From Pelagomonas calceolata (lineage: Eukaryota): DNA of 64,000 nucleotides. Below the pieces are notes generated by a model. It was not told the DNA's origin, did not search any database, and saw only the letters and a program-made list of their open reading frames with translations. The first letter of the stretch is position 1, and every line of letters starts with the position of its first letter. The stretch is from positions 2,356,001 to 2,420,000 of the forward strand of contig CAKKNE010000004.1 in assembly GCA_918797485.1 (NCBI GenBank), given 5' to 3'. The translations under genes were made by a program, and so were the position numbers. Positions 39,811 through 50,091 of this stretch are shown in pieces.

Positions 39811-41904
39811 CTAGGGGGAAGTACTCAGGCAGCGCCGCCAGCGCATCTCCACGAGGCGCAGCGTCTGCGACCGCGAGAGCTTCTCCTCGAAGTCGAGGTA
39901 GGCGCCGAAGTCGCGCTCGAGGCCCGTGAGGACGCGCTCGGGCGTGTCGTCCGCGCCCCCGTTGACGGGCATGAGCTTGCGGTACGCTTTTCCGGCGGAC
40001 ACGTACTCGACGGCGAGGCGGCACGGCCGGTAGGAGATGCCGAGGCGCGTCGGCTGCCAGTCAGCAGGCGGAGTCGCGGGCGCGTCCTCCATGCTGTGGT
40101 GGTGCTGCGGGGGCGGCGGCAGATCAGCATCTACTGAAGGCGGCGCCGCCTCGACGGCCGTCTCGGAACGGACCGCGCCCGCCTTGCGAGGTCGCACGGG
40201 CGACGTCACGGGCGACGTCATAGGCGTCGTGCCGCGAGACCCGACGCCCCGGTGCGTGCCCCGCGGCGCGTCCATCCGGCGCGCGCAAACCTGCACCGTG
40301 TCAAAAATCCTCGAGAAGTCCTTCCAGGCCATCCAGAAGAGACCGTCATCAGCCGAGAGGTACTTGCGGCCTATCTCTTTACCGACCTCCGGGTGCTTGT
40401 CCCAGAGCGGAGATCTGTCTGACCAATCGCCGTTCCACTCGAAGTTGTTGCCCCAGGGGTTACGGCACTGGACCAACCCAATGAATCCGGGAACGGACGT
40501 GATTCTGGCCACTCTGATGATCGAGTAGGCGTGGCGCTCGACTAAACCATCGTCGCGCTGCTTCTCGATCTCCGTGCCCTTGTTAATCGATCCTGCGAAC
40601 ATGTAATTCGACTGGTCGCAGTGTAAGAGGTACGAGAACATGTCCTTCGACGCCTTGGTCTCCCCGGAGGCCTGCGTGTACAGCGCCTGGTAGTCGTGCG
40701 GATCTTTTCTGACCTCCTCGAGGGCCACCACACTTTCCTCCCACCCTGCATCTTTCGCGTGCCAGATACTTAAATCTTCGCAGCCTGTCAAGGTGAGCCA
40801 AGCCAAGACAGGGTAGCCGCCTGATAAACGCCCGTATCCTCCCGCGAGCTTAGCGAAGGCCTTCTCCAGGATGAGTACGTACATCTCATTTCCATGTGGT
40901 TGACTGAAGAGCGGTCGGGGAGCCTCCCACCACGTCGCCTTGCCGCAAGGCACACGATCATCTACAGTAACGTGAGTCATCTTCCGCGCCTTGGCGTCGT
41001 ACAAGCGTAGGACATATTTACCGTCGGGCGAGACCTCCTGCGTCTTAAAGAGCGAATTTTCGACAAAGCCCGGGAACTCGGCCACGGCCGAGAGCGCGCA
41101 GAGCAACCAGCAGTCGCCGAGCGCCCCTTGCATAATATCCGAGGGCTCCACCCCGTCCCAGAGCTGGGGCTCGTGGTCCGGTCCCGACAGCTTGGCCGCT
41201 CGAATCCACTGCGAGTCGCCGTGGGCCGCGTCCAAGATGGCAGGGCCGGGCACGAAGTCCGGATCTTTGTAGCCTGAATCGTCCCCCTCCATCGACTTAT
41301 GTAAGGCTTCGATGGCTTGGATATCGACGGGGTGGATGTGCACGTGCTGGTCGGCCCAGTCCGCGACTTCGGGTGAAGCGGCGTTCTCTCCTTCGGCCGA
41401 TTCTAAGAATGCGTCGTAATCACCTTCCTCATCCACACCAGCGGCATCCGCGAAGCACCACTGGCCGTCGGGCGCGAGCCACAGGTCCTTGCTCTTCTCC
41501 TCGTTGCGGAAGACGGGCCTGTCGCACTCGACGCGGTCGGTCTTTTTGTAGCCGCCTGCCAGGTTCGAGTAGCGGCACTCGACGGCGAAGGCTTCTACGT
41601 CCGTTGACGACGTGCTTTCGGAGCCGAAGGTCAGCGTCACGTCGCTGCGCTTGGTCCACTGCTTCTCGAGGTAGAAGTGCCAGCCCTTCGAATCATACGC
41701 CTTGCAGGACTTGCCTCCGGCCTTCTTGCCGACGCACCAGTTCTGGGGCGAGCGCTCGTAGAGGTACAATCGATTCGTGGCGCAGTAGTAGGTGGCGCCG
41801 CCGGATTTTCCCTGTTCGCTCTCGAGGGCGTATGTGCCGCAGGCGGCCGGTTTGTCGTCGGAGGTGGACGCGAGGGTGGCGACGGGAGGCACGAAGGACG
41901 CCAT
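39811..41904 (-). CDS. Calpain-family cysteine protease with C-terminal CEP19-like domain
   Basis: Catalytic triad QGALGDCWLL, HAYSI, RNPWG; LEKAFAK; DDGLFWM. Confidence 0.9.
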   Translation of the reverse strand: MASFVPPVATLASTSDDKPAACGTYALESEQGKSGGATYYCATNRLYLYERSPQNWCVGKKAGGKSCKAYDSKGWHFYLEKQWTKRSDVTLTFGSESTSSTDVEAFAVECRYSNLAGGYKKTDRVECDRPVFRNEEKSKDLWLAPDGQWCFADAAGVDEEGDYDAFLESAEGENAASPEVADWADQHVHIHPVDIQAIEALHKSMEGDDSGYKDPDFVPGPAILDAAHGDSQWIRAAKLSGPDHEPQLWDGVEPSDIMQGALGDCWLLCALSAVAEFPGFVENSLFKTQEVSPDGKYVLRLYDAKARKMTHVTVDDRVPCGKATWWEAPRPLFSQPHGNEMYVLILEKAFAKLAGGYGRLSGGYPVLAWLTLTGCEDLSIWHAKDAGWEESVVALEEVRKDPHDYQALYTQASGETKASKDMFSYLLHCDQSNYMFAGSINKGTEIEKQRDDGLVERHAYSIIRVARITSVPGFIGLVQCRNPWGNNFEWNGDWSDRSPLWDKHPEVGKEIGRKYLSADDGLFWMAWKDFSRIFDTVQVCARRMDAPRGTHRGVGSRGTTPMTSPVTSPVRPRKAGAVRSETAVEAAPPSVDADLPPPPQHHHSMEDAPATPPADWQPTRLGISYRPCRLAVEYVSAGKAYRKLMPVNGGADDTPERVLTGLERDFGAYLDFEEKLSRSQTLRLVEMRWRRCLSTSP

Positions 41905-42324
41905 TCCGGGCAGCGTCCGCGGGCGCGAGGCAGCCTTTTTATAACGGAGGCGCGTGCGATGTCGGGAGGAGGCAGCTATCCGCGTCTATGGCGTTAGCGG
42001 AGCAGCCACCAAAAATCGCATCGAACCCGTACTTTCTAGTGTCTTACTCTACGCTAGCAGCGTTTTTTGGCTGAGCTTTTGCGACGGCATTGGTGGCAGT
42101 CCTACGGGTTACCTGCTCGCCTGCGCACCTACCGACTGCCAGCTTCAAGGCCTCGCCCAGCGAAACGCGTCCGCAGGGCTTGCAAGCCTCGGTAGCTGCC
42201 AGCCTCGGTCTCCGGCGCGGCGCGGAGCGCGAACGCTAAAGGGTAGCGTGCGCGCCGCGCAGCGCGGATGCCAGGGAGGCCGGCGCGCCAGCCCAGCAAG
42301 GCCCGCCCCTGGCGCCTCTGCGCC

Positions 42325-44382
42325 ATGAACCTCGACGAGCTCGAGAGCGCCGCGCCGCCGGCGCCGGCCCAGGCCAAGTCGCCGCGCGGCGAGGTCGTCA
42401 CGGACCCGCAGCAACTGAAGGCCTGGCGCGACGCGGGCGCGCTGCCGCCGCGCGGGTTAAGGACGGTCGTCGCCTTTCCCCTGGCGCTCGACGCCTCGTG
42501 GAGCGCCGTGCGTGCTGCTATAGCCGCCAAAACGCAGTCGTTGGGCGGCGACCTCGCCGAGGACCACGGAGCTTTATATGCTCGTAGAAGGCCCATCGCC
42601 AAGGACTTCGAGAGGATCGGCCCCGCCTGGAAGCGCCGCGAGGGCCTCGTGGGGACCGTCAAAAGGGCGGACGAATTGTGGGTCAAACGCACATTAACGT
42701 TGTCGCGGGGCGAGCTCGCCTACTTCGAGAAGCCGAACGACTGGATGGTGTCGACGAGCGCGCGCGGGAGATTGTCAGTGACGAAGGACACTTCACTGAT
42801 CGCGACCGAAAACGAGGATGGCGCCTACTTCCGCGGGCCCGCCGGCGCGCCGACGCCCCACACGCTAAGTGTGAACGACGAGTGGACCTTTGCGTTCGAC
42901 GACGCTCGTTCTTTGATAGCCTGGCGCGACGCCTTAGAAACAGCAAAAACGACGCCCCCGGGACCGGCGCCGCCGATCTTCGAGCTGCGGGCCGCCGCTG
43001 CGACGTCATCCGGGTCCGAGACGCGCCAGAGACACGTCGTCGTCGCCTGCGACGGCGACTGCCGCGAGCCGATCCGAGCCGCGGTCAAGGCTTTAAGGGA
43101 TGAGGACGCCGCTTGTGCTGAGTTGTGGAAGAGTGGATCGAAGGCGCCGCCGGACGTGTTTGTTCTGTTAGATCTCGCGGCGGCGGCTCGTAGAAAAGCC
43201 ATACAAAAACACCGCGACGCGTTTGCAAGGGTGCGGAGCGGCCTCGACCAAGCGGCGCTCCGCGTCGAGAAGGTCCGAGAATTAGTACAACCCGGCTACA
43301 CGGCCGCGCGCTTGGACGTGCCATCTGTACAAATCCCGGACATTGATAAGCCGTCGAACGACTGGCGCGACGGCTGTGTCGATGAGGACGCTAGAAGTGA
43401 TGCTCTAGAAGCTGCCGTGAGTTACCTGCCGGTGAATGAGACGGACCGACTCGTTTCGTTACGAAGAGCGTGTTCGTCGGCGTCCGCGGCTCTGGAAAGT
43501 CGCGCACATACAAAGGCCGCGGAGGACGCGCGGAAGCAGGAGCGCGACCTCGTGGACATCGTCGAGCCCGCCGTCAAGCGGGGACTGAGAGACATGTGCG
43601 ACAGTCTCGCGGACGCCGTCAAGGCGGGGGCCTGGATCGGGCCGGAAGCGCCGTCCTCCGACCTGTGGCGCGTCGACGAGGTCGCCGCCCTGACGAAGGA
43701 CGTCGTGCTCGTGCGCTTCGCGTGTACGAGGGATAGTGTCACGCCGGGAACCGTCTGGGTGACGCGCGACGCGACGTACTTCGCGCCGTCGCTCGTCGGC
43801 AAGGTGTCGTCCTTCTTCTCGTTCTCGTCGAAAAAGGAGGAGAAGTTGATCCGGATGGCTCATGCTGATTTATCAAAGGCGTCTCGGGTCGCGTCTCCGG
43901 TGCCGCTCAAATCCAATGCGGTGTCTCTGAAAAGTAGAGATGGGACGTCTTTGATTTTAACACTGATCACGCCGGGCGCCTCCGTGTCGGCCTTTGTGGA
44001 CGTGGTCACGACGTGCGCGGCGCCGCGGCCGCCGCCTCGACAAAAACCTGCGCCGGTCGTTGTGGAGGCCAAGCAGCCGGAGCAGCGCGAGGACGAGGTC
44101 GCGGGCGCGGCGCGGCGGCTGCGCGAGGCGCTGGCGCCGGTCGCGGAGCCGCCTCCTACGCCGCCGCGGCCCGAGCCGATGCTGCGCGCGCCGCCTCCTG
44201 CGCCGCAGTCGCTCGGTGACTTTACGGGCGTCAAGGACTCGAAGCTCGGGGCGCGGATCTCGCTGGGCTTTACCGCGACGACGCCGACTCATACGCTCGC
44301 GCCGCCGCCCCCGCCTCCCGCGCCGCCGCCCGAGGAGGACGACGACGACGATGTGTTTTTGGATGCGCTTGACGGGAGCTAG
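42325..44382 (+). CDS. PH-domain + GRAM-like protein with Pro-rich tail containing an RdRP-derived segment
   Basis: PH: WVKRTLTLSRGELAYFE...FAFDDARSLIAWRDAL. GRAM-like: FACTRDSVTPGTVWVT...YF. Confidence 0.75.
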   Translation: MNLDELESAAPPAPAQAKSPRGEVVTDPQQLKAWRDAGALPPRGLRTVVAFPLALDASWSAVRAAIAAKTQSLGGDLAEDHGALYARRRPIAKDFERIGPAWKRREGLVGTVKRADELWVKRTLTLSRGELAYFEKPNDWMVSTSARGRLSVTKDTSLIATENEDGAYFRGPAGAPTPHTLSVNDEWTFAFDDARSLIAWRDALETAKTTPPGPAPPIFELRAAAATSSGSETRQRHVVVACDGDCREPIRAAVKALRDEDAACAELWKSGSKAPPDVFVLLDLAAAARRKAIQKHRDAFARVRSGLDQAALRVEKVRELVQPGYTAARLDVPSVQIPDIDKPSNDWRDGCVDEDARSDALEAAVSYLPVNETDRLVSLRRACSSASAALESRAHTKAAEDARKQERDLVDIVEPAVKRGLRDMCDSLADAVKAGAWIGPEAPSSDLWRVDEVAALTKDVVLVRFACTRDSVTPGTVWVTRDATYFAPSLVGKVSSFFSFSSKKEEKLIRMAHADLSKASRVASPVPLKSNAVSLKSRDGTSLILTLITPGASVSAFVDVVTTCAAPRPPPRQKPAPVVVEAKQPEQREDEVAGAARRLREALAPVAEPPPTPPRPEPMLRAPPPAPQSLGDFTGVKDSKLGARISLGFTATTPTHTLAPPPPPPAPPPEEDDDDDVFLDALDGS

Positions 44383-44409
44383 CGGCCGTAAGATATATAT
44401 TATTAATCG

Positions 44410-44780
44410 GGCTGGTTCGTTCGGAGACTACTACCAGAGGGACCGTTATCAGATTGCTATCAGCACCCACGGGCCGTAGTCGCGACCCCCCCTCGTGAAG
44501 ACCTCAAACGAGTAATGCAGAAACGCGATAAGAGTCTGGCGCATGTCACAAGTCCGCAGCGGGTCGTTGACGGCGAAGCGGTTCGCAAAAGCTTGCCTGT
44601 TGGTTTGATGCATCAGCTGGTTTAAATCAATCCAGCACTTGGGGTTGAAGATGCTGTAATCCCCTCGGGGTTCAACTAGGGGTTCACCATTAATATCGCC
44701 CTGGCCCTGCTGGCAGAGCTCCTGCAGCTCGCCGCCGTCCGCGCTGAACGAGAGCCGCGCAAAGATCTCTTGGGCGCGTC
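44410..44780 (-). pseudogene. Possible degenerate alpha-kinase fragment
   Basis: LVEPRGDYSIFN...AFLHYSFE...DYG, then after a frameshift VGADSNLITVP; resembles alpha-kinase LVEP..G.Y.KFN, AFSHFTFE, DLQGVG...LTDP. No ATG start. Confidence 0.35.
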
Positions 44781-44810
44781 GCCCGCGTCCGATTCGCGAC
44801 GGCGCCGAGC

Positions 44811-45110
44811 ATGGTACACCACGCAGGCCGCCCGCCGATGAAGTCGGAACTCGCTCTTGCCGAGGAGGACGGCAAGGGACTGGGCATTCCCACCGAAGAC
44901 GTGAACTTGCCAAAATTCCCGGACTCAGAGGCGCGCCTAAACCGCCTGCCGCTCAAATATCTTCGAGAGCTCATCGTCGACGCGTGCGTCGCGGGCAAGC
45001 CGCCGACAGAGGCCGATATTGAGGCCGTGTTGCGGCGCCACATCGCCGAGCAGCAGGCCCAGACGACGTGCTGCGGGCGATGCTGCGGGTGTACCTGTGG
45101 TTGGGCTTGA
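44811..45110 (+). CDS. Small protein (or gene 3' remnant) with Cys-rich C-terminus
   Basis: 99-aa ORF with coding-like codons, ends TTCCGRCCGCTCGWA. Confidence 0.45.
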   Translation: MVHHAGRPPMKSELALAEEDGKGLGIPTEDVNLPKFPDSEARLNRLPLKYLRELIVDACVAGKPPTEADIEAVLRRHIAEQQAQTTCCGRCCGCTCGWA

Positions 45111-45154
45111 ATGTAACGTACATAAGTTTGTAGGTATAGTCCTTACGGCCAAAT

Positions 45155-46531
45155 CTAGAGCCGGCGCGCCTGGAGCGCGCCGAGCACGAGGAACGCCGCC
45201 GCGGCGAAGTACGGCGCGCCGACCGGAATGCCCGTGTCCCCGTCGAGCCCCCGCGCCAGCAACCTTCCATACAACGGGTAGCCCGCGGCCGACGCGAGCT
45301 CCTGGAGCGTCTGCAGGCCGCCCAGGACCGCTCCTTTTGAGTTTCTATCAGCCGCTCCAGCAACAATCGAAGTCAAGGCCGGCACGGCCACGGCACCGAA
45401 CCCGCACACGACGATGGCCGCGACGTATCGCGGCCCCGTCGGCGCGAGAGCCGCGCAGATAAAACCAAGAGCATAGACCAGACACCCGAAGTTCGCCGCG
45501 CCGACCACGCCCAATCTAGGAACAACTAATTTGGGCACGACGGCCAGCATCAGGCCCACTACAACTAATAAAGGCCCGGACTGCTGCGGGCCCCAGCCAA
45601 ACTTCGCGTCGACGTAGGGCACGAAGCACGCGTTCAGCGCGAGATTGCCCAGCCACACTAATGAGAAGGCGATCGCCGTCTTCTTTAAAGGTGTACTTTT
45701 CTTGAAGAGGTCCAACTGGCCTAACGACGAGATGGGGTTCGCCTCGTCCCACTTGATGCCCTTTGAAGCAGGCGCACTTTCCGGCGTGATGAAGAGAGCA
45801 AGGAACGCATTGAGGAGCTGCAACGACGCCGCCAGGTACATGGGCTTCCGATATTGGCCGCCCTTGGATAAGACGGCGGCCATGGGAAAGCCCACTATAA
45901 ATGCACCTCCTACAGATAAACCTTGAAAGACGCCTAGCGCGGCAGCTCTTGCGGCTCCTGAATCTTGTGAAGTGGCATCAGCTACAAACGCAGCACAAAC
46001 AGCGTTCATGCAGCTCGTCAGGCCGTCGATGGCGTCGGCGGCGAAGAAGTGGGCGACCTTCGTGGCGCGCGCTTGTACTAACACCGTCGTCGCGTAGCCC
46101 AGGGCCGACAACGCGATGAGCGGCTTCCTGCCGACGCCGTCGGAACAGGCGCCCAGCGCTCCCACGAAGAGGAAGGTCAAAAGCTTGTCTACGCCTTCCA
46201 CATCGCCCGCGACTCTGGCCGATTTCGACGTGATGACCGCCGCGCCGTCGTCGTTGACGGTCGAGGCGATGACCTTGGGCAGCACCGGGATGCAGAGTCC
46301 CAGCGACAGGAAGTAGAGCCAGTTGTGGAGCACGGCCCAGGCGTACGAGACTTGTTTTTGCTTGGCGCCGCCAGAGAGGGCGAGCGGTTTCTCTGTTACG
46401 GTTTTAGCTGCGGCTCGTCCCGTCGTTGGTGCCTTCGGTGCCTTGCTAAGCGCCGCCGCGCGACCGGTTGTTGGTTTCTTCGGGGCCTTGCTTATCGCAG
46501 CGGCGCTCGCAAGCAGGAGAAGGAGCCGCAT
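45155..46531 (-). CDS. MFS transporter, TetA/MFSD14-like
   Basis: Motif A GACSDGVGRK, LFITPES, about 12 TM segments, signal peptide. Confidence 0.88.
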   Translation of the reverse strand: MRLLLLLASAAAISKAPKKPTTGRAAALSKAPKAPTTGRAAAKTVTEKPLALSGGAKQKQVSYAWAVLHNWLYFLSLGLCIPVLPKVIASTVNDDGAAVITSKSARVAGDVEGVDKLLTFLFVGALGACSDGVGRKPLIALSALGYATTVLVQARATKVAHFFAADAIDGLTSCMNAVCAAFVADATSQDSGAARAAALGVFQGLSVGGAFIVGFPMAAVLSKGGQYRKPMYLAASLQLLNAFLALFITPESAPASKGIKWDEANPISSLGQLDLFKKSTPLKKTAIAFSLVWLGNLALNACFVPYVDAKFGWGPQQSGPLLVVVGLMLAVVPKLVVPRLGVVGAANFGCLVYALGFICAALAPTGPRYVAAIVVCGFGAVAVPALTSIVAGAADRNSKGAVLGGLQTLQELASAAGYPLYGRLLARGLDGDTGIPVGAPYFAAAAFLVLGALQARRL

Positions 46532-46918
46532 GGCAGCCAAGCGAGGAGCTGGGTTTCGAAGGTACAGCAGTCGTTGCCGGCTCCTAGAGTACTTTCAAAG
46601 CAACAGGAATGCAATTGCTGGCGTCCCAGCGGCTGCAAGCGGTTCTGGGGGCGGCAATCTGTTAGCTAGCGGCCTGTAAAGGCACTAGCCCAAACTCCAG
46701 CTTTTGCTTTTTCAGGGAGGCTGGCCGTGTGTCGAGCCAGCGCGCCTGCTTACGCATTGTTTTGATCTCTCACGCTATCGAGATCACTGCGCTAGCGCAG
46801 CCTGAAACGCGTAGCCGTCATAAAGGCGCTTTCCTAGCCCGCCGCCGCGCGCGCGACAGGCGCGCCGCCGCGGTTGGCGCAAGGAGCCGCTACCCCGAGC
46901 TCCACCACAAAAAAGAAC

Positions 46919-47677
46919 ATGCCCCGCCCGCGACGAAGACAACTCCTCCTCGCCGCCCTCGCCACTTTAACGAGCGCCGACCGCCTCCAGGACGAGGGCG
47001 TCGAACTGAGAGTGGCCGCGAAACAGACGAGATGTATATATGAGGAGCTGCCCGAGGGCGTCGGCGGCACGCTCGAGGTCTTCGTATTGAGTGGAGGCGG
47101 CGAGATGGACATCGACGTCGCCGTCGACGGGCCCCTGAAAATTGACGAGGTCAGCGGCCTGCCCGCCAAAAACGGGAAGCCCGCGGCGCGCGTCACGGTC
47201 AAGAGCGGCGGCGTGAATGAAGATAGGTTCGCTTCTCCTACACACGTGGCGCTCGCCGCGCCGCGCGACGGCCCGGGCGCCTATTCCATATGTCTGGACA
47301 ACTCGGGAAGCAGGTACACGGAGAAGGTCGTTTCGTTAGCCGTGCGCACGTCGGAAGACAAGGGCAACGCCGCCGTGAAGCACAAGAAGGACAAGAAGAA
47401 GGGCGGGCGGAACAGCGAGAATGTGGAAAAGGTCGAGGCGCGCGTCGTCGCGCTGCGCGGGCAATTGGCGACGCTCAAGGACAAGCAGGCGCGCGAGCGG
47501 CGGCGCCTCGCGAAGCACCGGGCGCTCTATGATGCGCGCCACGACGGCATGGTCCAGGCGTCGCTCATGGAGACGTGCGTCTACGTGCTCTGCTCGGTCT
47601 TCCAGTTGGTGTTTGTCCGGCGCTGGTTCGCGGGGAAAGGCGGTATGTTGCCGGTGTACAAGGGCAATATGGACTAA
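46919..47677 (+). CDS. p24/emp24/GOLD-family protein
   Basis: Signal peptide, RCIYE...YSICLDN GOLD cysteines, coiled coil, TM ending FQLVFVRRWF. Confidence 0.88.
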   Translation: MPRPRRRQLLLAALATLTSADRLQDEGVELRVAAKQTRCIYEELPEGVGGTLEVFVLSGGGEMDIDVAVDGPLKIDEVSGLPAKNGKPAARVTVKSGGVNEDRFASPTHVALAAPRDGPGAYSICLDNSGSRYTEKVVSLAVRTSEDKGNAAVKHKKDKKKGGRNSENVEKVEARVVALRGQLATLKDKQARERRRLAKHRALYDARHDGMVQASLMETCVYVLCSVFQLVFVRRWFAGKGGMLPVYKGNMD

Positions 47678-47772
47678 GTGGCTTGTAGTAATTCGTGGAT
47701 GGACTTGGACGGCTTTTTTGGCCAGCCGTCCGGCGACGGCGTGAGGTGGGGTAGGTGTGTTTTCGTGCGATC

Positions 47773-47830
47773 GTCGCGGTGATGGCGTTGGTCGTAGAGT
47801 TTAGCACAGCTCATACGCCATCGACGCGAC
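47773..47830. repeat. Inverted repeat built from the introner-internal motif
   Basis: gtcgcggtgatggcgt (47773-47788) pairs with acgccatcgacgcgac (47815-47830). Confidence 0.6.
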
Positions 47831-48005
47831 TCATCATCTCTTCGTTCTCGTGCGCGAGTCGACCATGCGCGACCGGGGCGACGCGCTGGGACGGTAGTGC
47901 CGTTGCGTTATGTAGTGACTACTTGAAACTTTCTTACTTCAAACTACGATAAATATTCGGACGAACGAAACACAGGGGCGTGCGCTTCTGCGCAGCCCGA
48001 AAAAG

Positions 48006-48896
48006 CTATCGCGACGTCGGCAGCGCCTCCGGCGGTCGATCGGGCGGGCACATGCGCGACGCGCCCGGCGGCCCGTCGCCGACGGGGCACTCCTCCGAGC
48101 AGCTCGCGGCGATGTCGCTGTTGACGGTGTTCCACGCGAGGTCGAAGATGTTGCTTACCAGTAAGCGGTACTCGACCGGCGTCGAGTAGACCAGCAAATT
48201 CGCCGGCGTCCAGAGCTTCGCGGAGGCGACGAGTGTCGACACGTACGAGTCGCGCACGACGTTCGGGACCCGCCGCGCGGGCACGCCGTTTAAACGAGAA
48301 GCGAAGGGCAAATCGTAGAACGCGACGTAGAGCGGCACCCAGAAGAACTGCTCGAGCGCCATCTGCAGGGCCACGCGCGCCGCGGGCCCGTCTACATTTT
48401 CTACTGCGAAGGCGTCCGCGAAATCAAAGTAGACCGCCCACAGCAGCCCGCCGCCGAGGCCCTTGAGGGCGTAGCGCGCCGCGCGCTGCCTGTCATAAAC
48501 CTGGCCGCGCTGCGCGATGGCGTCGCCCGTGACTCCTACAACAGCGTTCGTCACGCTCTTCGTCGCGAGCGGGTGCGCGTCGATGAGGCCGGCGTACGCG
48601 GTCCCGGCGGCGTGCAGCGCGTCGTGGACCGGCGACGGCGACGCGATGTACGCGTAGAGCGCCTCGGCGGCGTCGTAGGGGGCGGCCGACAGCGGCGCGC
48701 ACGGCGTTCGTCGTCGCCTCCCCGACAAGGCGGGGCCCGCGGCGGGGGGTCGTCGGCTGCCCGTACTGTGGGGTCGTCGACTCCGTTGGGCCTCCGCGGC
48801 GTGGAGTTTGGGGTCTGGCAACTGAAAGCTTTGAATTTGAAGCACCAGTAGAGCTAGGGACAGCGCCCTTCGCAGAGGCCGCCGCCGGGACATCAT
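48006..48896 (-). CDS. Mpv17/PMP22-family membrane protein
   Basis: HPLATKSVT...GDAIAQ, EQFFWVP, LWTPAN...PVEYR...WN. Confidence 0.88.
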   Translation of the reverse strand: MMSRRRPLRRALSLALLVLQIQSFQLPDPKLHAAEAQRSRRPHSTGSRRPPAAGPALSGRRRRTPCAPLSAAPYDAAEALYAYIASPSPVHDALHAAGTAYAGLIDAHPLATKSVTNAVVGVTGDAIAQRGQVYDRQRAARYALKGLGGGLLWAVYFDFADAFAVENVDGPAARVALQMALEQFFWVPLYVAFYDLPFASRLNGVPARRVPNVVRDSYVSTLVASAKLWTPANLLVYSTPVEYRLLVSNIFDLAWNTVNSDIAASCSEECPVGDGPPGASRMCPPDRPPEALPTSR

Positions 48897-49358
48897 GGCG
48901 TCCCTCGCAGCCACTCCCTTTCCAGCTCGACGCCTCTGGGCTCGGACACGCCACCGCGCACTGAATGCCGTCACAGCTGCTGGTTTGGGACTACCATTTT
49001 TTTTTTCGTCCGATCAGCCTTGGAAGGACCCGTTCACATCCCCGGATACTGATACGGTGACGCGGAGGCTCAAAAGCGGGCTCGACCATGAGCAACTCTC
49101 TTGTGGCTGGCAGGCAGGCTGGCATTGGCCATTTGTGTGCCGCGAGCAACCGCAGACGCCGTGCGACGCAGTTACGCGACGCCTCTTGTGTAGCATTTTC
49201 ACTGCTGCCAAAATCTTAAGCGCTCGGCACCGCTGTGGGGCATTTTTTTGCGAGAGCACATACAGCACTCTGCTGAGTACGAGCTTGTAAAAGCGCGGGC
49301 ATCAGTCGGATTGCAGGAGCGCGATCACACCAGGCTGCTACACAACGACAGCACAAAA

Positions 49359-50063
49359 ATGGCAGCACTACTAGATTTCCGAGGCGAGCAGCATCACTCA
49401 ATCAGCTGGGCGGACGCGCCAACGATCACACCCATCGATGCAGAACCGCCAAGGCGCACGCGCTCGAGAACGCCGCCGCCGCGACGCGAACCGCGCCCGT
49501 CAAGGAAGTCGCGACGCCGAAAGGACCACGAGGCCGCACTGGCGGCGACGCTCAAAGCTCTCGGAGACGCCCTCGACGAGGCGGCCGACGATGAGGTCGC
49601 CGAGCTGTACGAAAGACGGCCGTACCCGGAGCCGGAGACCGTCGAGACCTTCCTCGCCTGCCCGGCGCCGGCGCGGCGACGAACCAAGGCGCCGGGGCCC
49701 GAGACGCGCGCCAGCGAGGCGATGCGGGGGTATTTCCGCTGCGAGCGGGCGCTCCGCGGCGGTCTCAACGACGTGGCGACGCCCGCATGCGAGCGGCGCC
49801 TGCTCGAGTGGCTCGGCGACGGGCGACGACCGCTCTCGCCGACGTCGATGCTCGCCCAGAACGGGCTGAAGCTCGAGGCGCCCTACGGCTCGTCGGCGCG
49901 CGGCCGCCTCGTCGCGCACGCGTGCGCGCGCTTCCACGGCTGCCCCTCGAAAACGCTCGACGACGCGACGGTGTTGGTGGAGCGGCCGCTGTCACCTTCG
50001 CACGCGCTGCGCCATGGCGCGACAATAATCGACGCCTTCACGTCGAGGGGGAGACGGCTCTAA
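49359..50063 (+). CDS. R3H-domain protein (R3HDM4-like)
   Basis: GRLVAHACARFHGCPSKT, R-x3-H motif near the C-terminus. Confidence 0.6.
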   Translation: MAALLDFRGEQHHSISWADAPTITPIDAEPPRRTRSRTPPPRREPRPSRKSRRRKDHEAALAATLKALGDALDEAADDEVAELYERRPYPEPETVETFLACPAPARRRTKAPGPETRASEAMRGYFRCERALRGGLNDVATPACERRLLEWLGDGRRPLSPTSMLAQNGLKLEAPYGSSARGRLVAHACARFHGCPSKTLDDATVLVERPLSPSHALRHGATIIDAFTSRGRRL

Positions 50064-50091
50064 TGTTTTCTGTGAACAACAAATTAACAAA

